A stretch of DNA of 63,252 nucleotides, filler included, from Octopus bimaculoides (Eukaryota): assembly GCF_001194135.2 (NCBI RefSeq). It is 8 parts of 5 records of this genome, joined end to end, with 100 filler letters (N's around TTAATTAATTAA, not from the genome) between each part and the next. Parts side by side here need not be neighbours in the genome. Positions count along the whole stretch, not along the records: positions 47,209 to 61,738 come from NC_068986.1; positions 61,839 to 63,252 come from NC_068988.1; 6 more parts are not named here. The stretch is one strand, 5' to 3'. The notes under the pieces were generated by a model. That model was not told the origin of the DNA. It saw only the letters and a program-made list of their open reading frames with translations, and did no database searches. Position 1 is the first letter of the stretch. Every line of letters begins with the position of its first letter. Made by a program: the position numbers and the translations under genes. Below, in pieces: positions 53,036 through 63,252 of this stretch.

Positions 53036-54244
53036 CTAACAATTTAGGTCTTAATAGACACAAGATGTGATCTATTTCTAGCACATTGAATGTCCACGTT
53101 AGTGGTCAACGTTATATATAAAAATGTACTTTAATCCCCTGAGATTGCAGATACTGTTTCTGAATCTCTTTGATTCTTTAAATGTGCTAGCTTCCTGGTA
53201 ATTAATCGATATTAATTAATATATGATTTTTTACCCTATTTTTTAATATATATATATATGTATATATGTATCTNNNNNNNNNNNNNNNNNNNNNNNNNNN
53301 NNNNNNNNNNNNNNNNNNNNNNNNNNNNNNNNNNNNNNNNNNNNNNNNNNNNNNNNNNNNNNNNNNNNNNNNNNNNNNNNNNNNNNNNNNNNNNNNNNNN
53401 NNNNNNNNNNNNNNNNNNNNNNNNNNNNNNNNNNNNNNNNNNNNNNNNNNNNNNNNNNNNNNNNNNNNNNNNNNNNNNNNNNNNNNNNNNNNNNNNNNNN
53501 NNNNNNNNNNNNNNNNNNNNNNNNNNNNNNNNNNNNNNNNNNNNNNNNNNNNNNNNNNNNNNNNNNNNNNNNNNNNNNNNNNNNNNNNNNNNNNNNNNNN
53601 NNNNNNNNNNNNNNNNNNNNNNNNNNNNNNNNNNNNNNNNNNNNNNNNNNNNNNNNNNNNNNNNNNNNNNNNNNNNNNNNNNNNNNNNNNNNNNNNNNNN
53701 NNNNNNNNNNNNNNNNNNNNNNNNNNNNNNNNNNNNNNNNNNNNNNNNNNNNNNNNNNNNNNNNNNNNNNNNNNNNNNNNNNNNNNNNNNNNNNNNNNNN
53801 NNNNNNNNNNNNNNNNNNNNNNNNNNATATGGATCTATATATAGGGAGATGAGGTTGTGGATTGGGAGGCAGACGATGAAGAGAGACAGACAGACAGAGA
53901 CAGAGAAATGAAAGGAGGAGGAGGAGGAGGAGGAGGAGGAGGATGTACAGGAAGTGAATGAAGCATCCTTCTTTCAGACGTTAACATGTATCTTGAAGGA
54001 CATTTGGCTGTTGTTTCTAGCTGGTCGAGCAATGACAGAGTCTTCAATGTTGGTTCGAGTGTTAATAAATTCGCTTCACATCCAGAAGGACCCAGGTTCG
54101 AGCTCATTGCGTGGCATTTTGGATGAATGTTGACTCATACCTTCCGAGTGAAATTCGGTATTTGGAAATTGTAAAGAAGCCCGCCGAATAGATTGTAGTT
54201 AAAACGGTTCAGGCATGTCCTACTCGTTCTGCTTAAGGATTGCT

Positions 54245-54548
54245 TTAGCCCTTTAGCATCGAAACGAGCCATATCAGGCTCAAATAGTCCATTTTTTTAA
54301 TGCTCAAATTGGCCAGATCCAGCCTCTCTAACCTATCCTACAATGTCATTCTAAAAATAAAGAATCACATCATTGAAATCTTGAAGTTATGCATGTGTGG
54401 CAAGAAGCTTGCTTACCAACCACATGGTTCCGGGTTCAGTCCCATTGCGTGGCACCTTGGGCAAGTGTCTTCTATTATAGCCTCGGCCCGCCCAAAGACT
54501 TGTGAGTGGATTTGGTAGACGGAAACTGAAAGAAGCCCGTCGTATATA

Positions 54549-54583
<35 letters not shown>

Positions 54584-54911
54584 NNNNNNNNNNNNNNNNN
54601 NNNNNNNNNNNNNNNNNNNNNNNNNNNNNNNNNNNNNNNNNNNNNNNNNNNNNNNNNNNNNNNNNNNNNNNNNNNNNNNNNNNNNGATAACTTATGTTGG
54701 TGTGCTTACATCCCCGTAACTTAGTGGTTCTGCAAAAGAGACCGATAGAATAAGTACTAGGCTTACAAAGAATAAGTCCTGGGGTCAATTTGCTCGACTA
54801 AAGGTGGTGCTCCAGCATGGCCGCAGTCAAATGACTGAAACAAATAAAAGAATAAGAACGAGAATAAATAATCATTACATTTGACTGAGTAATCTGAATG
54901 CTAAAGGTCAA
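54245..54911. mobile_element. piggyBac-like MITE interrupted by a SINE
   Basis: Ends TTAG-CCCTTTAGCATC and GAATGCTAAAGG-TCAA, consistent with degenerate TTAA|CCCTTTAGCATTC TIRs. Confidence 0.55.
54395..54860 (+). mobile_element. Near-complete SINE family A copy (gap in its internal microsatellite)
   Basis: tRNA-like head, internal (TG)n, and tail GGTGCTCCAGCATGGCCGCAGTCAAATGACTGAAACAAATAAAAGAATAA. Confidence 0.9.
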
Positions 54912-56400
54912 CGCTGTGGAATACTCGGCCATAAACACGTTAATTTAAGTGCATATAATTCAGTTGATTGAGCAAGGAAATCTTCATGGTCAAGCGACGG
55001 AGATCCAACGGTGGTGGTCGATGTTCCAATCAAACTAAATGAACCTACGATTCCATTTGTTGTAACAACCTCCTATTAGGCACCATAACAGAAATGTCAC
55101 GGGTTTTCAGTGACGGAGCGGGATTTAAACTCAAAAGATATTGAGCTGGAATGGTTACTCCCAGACATTATTCCTACGCTCTTACCAATTCTATCAATCC
55201 ATCGTTTTGCACTGTTTTTTGTTTGTTTGTTTTTTTATCGACCCCCGCAAAAGATGAAAGTAAAATTGATTTCGGTTGGATTTGAACTCATAACGCAGAC
55301 ATCCAGAATCCAACAGCCTAACCATTCAACCATGTAGCCACCTATACACTGCTAACAGGTGTCGATGTAGTTTAGGCACGTGCCAGTGGTAAGTAATCGG
55401 ACTAACGAAGGCCCTTCTCACAATACGGCAACAGACAGGTTTCTAATCCTTACTTAAAATATTACCAATTTCTTTCAATTTCAATTTTCGATTGTCCATT
55501 CATTCAATACAGGAAACTAACACAAAAACAAAAGAATACATCTCCTTCTTTGGCAGACGACGTCCTTCTTCCGGTTGTATCACGTGGTTGAAAGATGGCC
55601 TAGTTTTGTTATTTTACAAGTTTTCAAGTGGTTCCTTTCAGATGTTACTTTGTCATTTTAAATTCCATTTTAATTCTCTTCACAAAACAGCTGACAAGGA
55701 TTATTTCTAAGATATTCATTTATCTTCGTGTTTTTTACATGTTTCAATCATTAGACTGCGGTCATGTTGAGGTATCGCCTTCGTATTTGAAAAGGGTTAC
55801 ATTTTCAAATAAAATACGTCGTTAGAAATTTACTAGAAGCAAACAAACGATCTACAAGGTGAACATAGACAATCCACACGTCCGAAACATTAAAGTACGA
55901 ACGTATTGTGGGTGTGTTTGGTTACATAGACACATTCCTTCCCCTACAACAAAAAGGCAGAAATTATTGTCATTACGTCACTGTATTTCATGTATTTTCA
56001 GACTCTACTTACGGCATGTCGTTGGACGCATTCACATATTTCTATATTTAACGTTGAATGGTCCCAACAGATCGTGTGTGTCATTCACCAAAGTATTAGT
56101 GACGGAGATGGTTTTATAAGAATTTAGAAACTTTGTGAGATATAAAGTAAATTGTTTTGCGGTGATACTAAAAGCAGATAAATCTATAAATATTAGTCTG
56201 GGTTTTAAAAAACGCTTTTGTTTTTCCTTTCAGAAGTTTTATTTTACACCAGTGTTTCTCAACGGGGATCCAAGTTCATCCATATATAAGATCCCGTTGT
56301 CAAAATTTATCCGCAATAAACTAGTTATACTTCTTAGAAAATAAAAAATATTGTTAGAAAATTACTATTTTTAAATCTCACAACGAGAGATATTTGGCAA

Positions 56401-56833
56401 CAGTACTTTGGAGTAAAGATTGTTTGCCAACATAACATAGCAGTCCTGGTTTAGGACGAATGTTGCTGTAATTTAGCCCCAGGAGACATCGTCTCCAGCT
56501 GGCTATACGACACGATCTGTGTCCTTATATTTTCGAACAAGTTGTCACTTTGAAAACTATATATTTCGAACGGGAATTTGGCAGCGCCACCTCTAGCCGA
56601 ACAATTATTCTGTGCTGATGAAGGGAAATAACCCGGAAATCGCGATACACAGATATTGTTTTGAGCTGAGTAGGGGTGCTAGATTCCCTTGTTTGAAAAT
56701 ATAAGGACACAGATCGTGTCGTATAGCCAGCTGGAGACGATGTCTCCTGGGGCAAGATTACAGCAACATTCGTCCTAAACCAAGACTGCCATGTTATGTT
56801 AGCAAACAATTTTTACTACAAAAAATATTGTGT
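56401..56833. mobile_element. Foldback/MITE-like element with ~140-bp inverted arms and a hammerhead in the spacer
   Basis: 56401-56541 is the reverse complement of 56688-56833 (about 90% by eye, including a long exact stretch CCCAGGAGACATCGTCTCCAGCTGGCTATACGACACGATCTGTGTCCTTATATTTTC). Confidence 0.85.
56609..56653 (+). ncRNA. Minimal type-I hammerhead ribozyme, near-perfect
   Basis: UCUGUG CUGAUGA A GGG AAAUAA CCC G GAA AUCGCGAU A CACAGA: 6-bp stem I, intact core, 8-nt palindromic stem III, AUA cleavage triplet (after 56647). Confidence 0.8.
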
Positions 56834-57075
56834 GGTAAGTAGCTTGCTTACCAACCACGTAGCTCCGGGTTCAGTCCCACTGCGTGGCACCTTGGGCAAG
56901 TGTCTTCTACTATAGCCTCGGGCCAACCAAAGCCTGGTGAGTGGATTTGGTAGACGGAAACTGAAAGAAGCCCGTCGTATATGTGTGTGTGTGCGTACGC
57001 GCGGGCCGCGTCTGTGCTTGTACCCCCACCATCGCTTGACAACCGATGTTGGTGTGTTTACGTCCCCGTAACAGT
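56828..57075 (+). mobile_element. SINE family A, truncated at both ends
   Basis: GTGTGGTAAGTAGCTTGCTTACCAACCAC..GGGTTCAGTCCCACTGCGTGGCACC..CATCGCTTGACAACCGATGTTGG. Confidence 0.88.
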
Positions 57076-59387
57076 CTGCGATGGCAATGAACATAGCCTC
57101 TACCTTCATATTATTGCACTGAAAGTGTTATTTGGATATGTCCCTGGGGATTCTTCAAGTACTGCCTATGGGTCTAGGGAATCTTCATTTACATAAGAGC
57201 AACTTTTACAATTAATATCAATGTTTCCTGGCTGAAGACGGGGTTCTGGGAATCGATGTTTCCACATTCCTCGCAGATCAACTCCATTCCAGCTTAGCCA
57301 TCACCCGTTACGTAGTAACGAATCTTATAGCGGAAGCAATGATGTTTCCTTTCTGCCGGAGTCTGAGGAGAGAATGTTGCGAGTGAGCGACCTAAAGTGA
57401 CCCGATCATTTTCACTGGAGGGGGGCGTCTACGTGGACGATCGAACTACTAGAAATAACAGCTGAATCTTCCTCGAATCACATTTGCTTCATAATAAAAG
57501 AAAAAAAAAGACTATATAATAATACCGAGAATGTCTTTGATCATCGCACTTTTCGATAGAACCGATATGGGAGGAACAATAACAACAACAACAACAACAG
57601 CAGCTCTGCGAGCAGAATATCACAAGACATACCCTGTGGTGTTTGATGTTCGAACACGATTCACCGACGACAAAAGACGTCCCAGCCGTGACCATCCTGC
57701 ACCCTCCGCAAATACTGTGCATCTGCTACAACTTCATTAACTGATGTTGCTTTTCACGTTTTAAAGATTGGCACTCTTTTGACGTCATTGAACGTCACCA
57801 CCTTCCCTCATGGCGTAGATATAAACATGCTAGAATGAAACAGAGAGCGAATGATGTCGTCTCCTTATACCGACACACTCTAGAGACTAGACCAATACCG
57901 AAGGATTATCCCGAAGACAGTAAACTATGATTTGAGGGACATCTGGTACCTGTTTCCTGCAGGTCAAATAATCACATAGCTAGACTTTTCAATGTGGTGG
58001 TGGTGGTGGTGGAGTGACCCCAGGAAATGAAAGAAGTCAGCCTCTGATCAGGAGGGGATTGATAATAAAAACAACGCATCAAATGAAAATAACCAAGATA
58101 AACGGTGACAGCAACCTCACCGCTACCATCGCCACCCACAACACACACACACACACACACACGCACGCGCAGATTACCCCCCAAACTAACTCCAACCTCA
58201 TTAGTTTCCCTCTAAACGCCGCCATCACCATCACGTTTAGCACCACCAACACCACCTGCACCACCACGAAGACAAACCCCCATCGCCTTCTCATCTCTCA
58301 TCCCCACAATCAACCCCNNNNNNNNNNNNNNNNNNNNNNNNNNNNNNNNNNNNNNNNNNNNNNNNNNNNNNNNNNNNNNNNNNNNNNNNNNNNNNNNNNN
58401 NNNNNNNNNNNNNNNNNNNNNNNNNNNNNNNNNNNNNNNNNNNNNNNNNNNNNNNNNNNNNNNNNNNNNNNNNNNNNNNNNNNNNNNNNNNNNNNNNNNN
58501 NNNNNNNNNNNNNNNNNNNNNNNNNNNNNNNNNNNNNNNNNNNNNNNNNNNNNNNNNNNNNNNNNNNNNNNNNNNNNNNNNNNNNNNNNNNNNNNNNNNN
58601 NNNNNNNNNNNNNNNNNNNNNNNNNNNNNNNNNNNNNNNNNNNNNNNNNNNNNNNNNNNNNNNNNNNNNNNNNNNNNNNNNNNNNNNNNNNNNNNNNNNN
58701 NNNNNNNNNNNNNNNNNNNNNNNNNNNNNNNNNNNNNNNNNNNNNNNNNNNNNNNNNNNNNNNNNNNNNNNNNNNNNNNNNNNNNNNNNNNNNNNNNNNN
58801 NNNNNNNNNNNNNNNNNNNNNNNNNNNNNNNNNNNNNNNNNNNNNNNNNNNNNNNNNNNNNNNNNNNNNNNNNNNNNNNNNNNNNNNNNNNNNNNNNNNN
58901 NNNNNNNNNNNNNNNNNNNNNNNNNNNNNNNNNNNNNNNNNNNNNNNNNNNNNNNNNNNNNNNNNNNNNNNNNNNNNNNNNNNNNNNNNNNNNNNNNNNN
59001 NNNNNNNNNNNNNNNNNNNNNNNNNNNNNNNNNNNNNNNNNNNNNNNNNNNNNNNNNNNNNNNNNNNNNNNNNNNNNNNNNNNNNNNNNNNNNNNNNNNN
59101 NNNNNNNNNNNNNNNNNNNNNNNNNNNNNNNNNNNNNNNNCAAGACATACACACTTCACGTCTGGCTGTACAGCCTGCTTGTTTGTTGCACCTTGTTTAC
59201 CATTTTTGTCCTTGTTCTTTTGCCACGTCATGTACCCAGTTATGTATCTATATGTACATGTGGATGAACGTATATACATACATGTACATATATATGCATA
59301 TACTCATATATTGTATGTATATATATATATATATATATACACACGCACACACACACACACCAACATAAACGTATACACATCTACATC

Positions 59388-59439
<52 letters not shown>

Positions 59440-59616
59440 CGCATTTATGCATAAACACAGATGCAGAGCCCGCTGCTATGTCACACTGACATACAATCGC
59501 TGTATATCAAAGTAATGCACGAAATTTCAAGATTAAAATTCCTGTATTAAAACGATGTAGCACAATATGTATGTATGTATGTCCCTGAGAAGTACGTGAA
59601 CGGTACGCATCCTGTG

Positions 59617-59722
59617 GAGTGTCTTGCTCATGTGCAACAGCACACAGCCAGGTCCAGGAACCGAACTCACAACGCCACGCGGGTAAGCCCGACGCTCTAA
59701 CCACTGAACCATGCGCCTTCAC
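59617..59722 (-). mobile_element. tRNA-derived SINE head
   Basis: Reverse complement GAAGGCGCATGGTTCAGTGGTTAGAGCG..GAGTTCGGTTCC..GAGCAAGACACT. Confidence 0.6.
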
Positions 59723-59904
59723 GATTTGACCAATCCTAGAGAAAGGAACGGCTAATCTGTTTATATACTCAACAATTCCAGCGGCGACAGAAAAGGACTG
59801 GTGGTGCAAATTTGCATACTCACAAGTACTAACAATTTAATGTATGTGTATGTGTGTGTATGCATGTGTGTGTATACATATATATATATGTATGTATGTA
59901 TGTA

Positions 59905-59963
<59 letters not shown>

Positions 59964-60654
59964 NNNNNNNNNNNNNNNNNNNNNNNNNNNNNNNNNNNNN
60001 NNNNNNNNNNNNNNNNNNNNNNNNNNNNNNNNNNNNNNNNNNNNNNNNNNNNNNNNNNNNNNNNNNNNNNNNNNNNNNNNNNNNNNNNNNNNNNNNNNNN
60101 NNNNNNNNNNNNNNNNNNNNNNNNNNNNNNNNNNNNNNNNNNNNNNNNNNNNNNNNNNNNNNNNNNNNNNNNNNNNNNNNNNNNNNNNNNNNNNNNNNNN
60201 NNNNNNNNNNNNNNNNNNNNNNNNNNNNNNNNNNNNNNNNNNNNNNNNNNNNNNNNNNNNNNNNNNNNNNNNNNNNNNNNNNNNNNNNNNNNNNNNNNNN
60301 NNNNNNNNNNNNNNNNNNNNNNNNNNNNNNNNNNNNNNNNNNNNNNNNNNNNNNNNNNNNNNNNNNNNNNNNNNNNNNNNNNNNNNNNNNNNNNNNNNNN
60401 NNNNNNNNNNNNNNNNNNNNNNNNNNNNNNNNNNNNNNNNNNNNNNNNNNNNNNNNNNNNNNNNNNNNNNNNNNNNNNNNNNNNNNNNNNNNNNNNNNNN
60501 NNNNNNNNNNNNNNNNNNNNNNNNNNNNNNNNNNNNNNNNNNNNNNNNNNNNNNNNNNNNNNNNNNNNNNNNNNNNNNNNNNNNNNNNNNNNNNNNNNNN
60601 NNNNNNNNAGAAGAAGAAGAAGAAGAAGAAAATGCAGGAGTGTTATGATATACT

Positions 60655-60820
60655 CTTTTATTCTTTTATCTGTCATTTGACTGCGGCCATGCTGCAGCAC
60701 CGCTTTTAGTCGAACAAATCGACCCCCAGGACTTATTCTTTGTAAGCCTAGTACTTATCCTATTGCTCTCTTTTGCCGAACTGCTAAATTACGGGTCGTA
60801 AACAAACCAACACCGGTTAC
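60655..60820 (-). mobile_element. SINE family A 3' end
   Basis: CATTTGACTGCGGCCATGCTGCAGCACCGC..CGAACAAATCGACCCCAGGACTTATTCTTTGTAAGCCTAGTACTTA. Confidence 0.85.
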
Positions 60821-61249
60821 ATTTTTTTATATACCCAAGGTCTATTCCCCATTTTTCTCTTAGGAGGGGCTAGCCGCAACAAGACACACACCAGGCATTC
60901 CATTCATTTTCCAACTCAGAGGAGCGAGCTGCATTCTATGCTCGGGTCAAGGCATAGAACGCAACTCCCCAATATCAGCAGCAGGACCCGACAGCATATG
61001 CTGGTTTACCCCCGCCGCATCTTGCTGGTTCCATACCTCTTTGAGCAACATCAAATTCACTCATCCGTCCACAAACACTCTCTAAGCTTTCCAATCATTT
61101 ATAGACTCTCTTGCCTCTCTCACTCCAGCACCGCTAACCACCAAAGCTTTCCTCATTCCATCCGTATATAGCCTCGTCTCATATGCATATCACCAAGATG
61201 GTGGCATTGTACAAGCAAGTGGCCGGATGGATTCTGAGAACCTTCAGAA

Positions 61250-61738
61250 GAAGGGGCCGGGTAGCTATGCTTGTGATATGGAGGACACTTGTCCTCAGCC
61301 GTCTGGACTACTGACGGATTAATGGAGGAACCTGAGGTGGTTCAGCAATGCTACACGAGAAAGATTGCATCAATGGAACAGGTGAGCTACTGGGAGAGAC
61401 TGAAAGTGCAACGAGTCTACTCCCTGGAGCGAAGACGGGAGAGGTATGCAGTGTTATATGCGTGGAAGATAACTGGAAGGGCTGGCACCAAATTTTTGAA
61501 CTAAGAGTTATACCAGACCTCGAAATGGACGTCTCGGCAGTTCTAGAAGTCCCAGTTGTCCTATCGAAAGTGACGACTATGTACTGCAATAACTTGGGAT
61601 TCAAGGGCCCACAGTTATTTAACACCTTGCCAAAACATCTACACTTCCCCCATGGAGTGGGGGGGTAGATGTTTTCAAGAAACAACTTGGCCCCTTGCTA
61701 TCCAAGATCCCGGATGAACCAATATCAAAGCAGGAATC
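61250..61738 (+). pseudogene. CR1 LINE 3' ORF fragment
   Basis: VVQQCYTRKIASMEQVSYWERLKVQRVYSLERRRERYAVLYAWKI, GPQLFNTLPKHL. Confidence 0.8.
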
Positions 61739-63083
61739 NNNNNNNNNNNNNNNNNNNNNNNNNNNNNNNNNNNNNNNNNNNNTTAATTAATTAANNNNNN
61801 NNNNNNNNNNNNNNNNNNNNNNNNNNNNNNNNNNNNNNACATATATATAAATATATATGCACATTTGCATATATAGGTGCATATATGTATATATTTATAC
61901 ATACGTCTCTCTGTCTCTCTCTCTATATATATACACCCACATATACACCCGCACATAGAGACACACATCTGATACACACACTTCGCACACACTTACACAC
62001 ACACACACACATACACACATACATCCACATACACGCACCATTTAGGTGTTCAGCGGGATATGTTCATCCGTGCAAGTTTTTTGATGAAGGTATTTCAATC
62101 AATATCGATGATGTTTCATTGTAATCGATCTGACATGCAATTCACTGTTTAACTAGCTGCAGCTACATTTATAACGCACATCTTTGTGCAACTTCATTTT
62201 TATTTTTAACATGTATGTCTACATGTATGTACACGTATTACGTGTATTTGTACCCGTATGAAAATGTGTGTGTTTGGTGATTCGTGTTTTTGCATTTAGT
62301 ATAGAGAATAAAAGCTAGAAGTCGGTCAGTTGGTTTGTTTGTTCATATTTATCATTTTTTTTTGTTAGTTTACAAAAATAAAATATACCAGAATGCACTC
62401 AGGTTTGGTTGATAGTGAAAAAATGTCGAGGGAGGAGAAAAATCTAGACGTATTACGCAACTCTAAGGGGTGGGAGTCGAGTCGCGTTTACAGACAGAGG
62501 TAGTTCAAGAGAACATGGTGTTGGGAGGAGTGTGTGGGGCCTGAGTGTGTGATGGAAGAAATTAGCTGAATGAAAAGAGTTGTATATTGAAAGAGTTACA
62601 CTGGAATTGATCAGAGAGTGGGTGAGAATTAGAGGTAGATTAATCACTATAAGAATAATGAAGAACAGTACTTTTTAAACTCTTTTTAGCTATCGCTTCC
62701 TTTCATTTACCAACAGTTTTTCAACGACCACTTATTATGATTTAATATAATTAAATACACGCATGTACATAAATGTATGTACACACAAGTAAGAAGGTTA
62801 TCTAACGCTACAAGTGCAGCGACCGTCTTTGTTGCGTGTATGGAAATAATCTACAATTTTGAAAACTATGCTTTAGTTTATTTCGCGAAAGCTCAAATAC
62901 ACACACACACACACGTACACGCAAACACGTAAACACTTTTTTCCAATACCCCTCTCTCTCTCTCTCTCTCTCCCTCTTTCCTCTCTCTCATTCATATATA
63001 TATATATATATATATACATATATGAATATATATATATATACATTCATACACACATACACGCACACATACACACACACATACGC

Positions 63084-63122
<39 letters not shown>

Positions 63123-63252
63123 TTGCAAGATTTTTGATGTGAAATCGTGTGTTGAAACAGATGTTGTTGTACTTGGGGATGGTCATATTGCCAGTTTAGT
63201 CAATAAAAACAAATACAAACGAACACGTATTAACAGAGAATATAGGTGATAC

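Noticed and set aside
1700-60709. Numerous long ORFs dominated by X or by YI/HT/CV repeats
   Set aside because: They span N gaps or dinucleotide repeats.
60840-61220. Possible RTE-like 3' fragment on the minus strand (RRGKP)
   Set aside because: Only one weak motif; family cannot be assigned by eye.
6876-61794. Recurrent palindrome TTAATTAATTAA as a biological motif or CRISPR-like repeat
   Set aside because: Always centred in N runs; it is an artificial scaffolding linker.

Overview
Repeat-dense, AT-rich eukaryotic genomic DNA from a gapped draft assembly. It is not prokaryotic and contains no CRISPR array or rRNA. The repeat content (tRNA-headed SINEs with TGACTGAAACAAG tails, dense (TA)n/(CA)n/(CATA)n/(AAT)n tracts, RTE/CR1/R4/Penelope relics) resembles an octopus or other cephalopod genome; that assignment is inference. 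Almost all long ORFs in the track are microsatellite or N-gap artefacts. Supportable content: (i) a few short, well-spliced + strand exons of an unidentified large-intron host gene (best 7302-7406 and 12756-12862); (ii) decayed retroelements: Penelope-like RT and GIY-YIG tails, RTE APE and C-terminal Zn finger, R4/Dong RT and REL tails, CR1/Jockey RT fragments; (iii) DNA transposon relics: two DD37D maT, a DD34D mariner, a Tc1 with probable DD36E spacing, a head-to-head mariner foldback, hAT and piggyBac-like MITEs, and a non-autonomous Helitron; (iv) several SINE families. The most notable unexplained signal is a set of minimal type-I hammerhead ribozyme motifs. One near-perfect copy lies in the loop of a ~430-bp foldback element (56609-56653), and one forms the 3' module of a tRNA-headed SINE (47875-48110).
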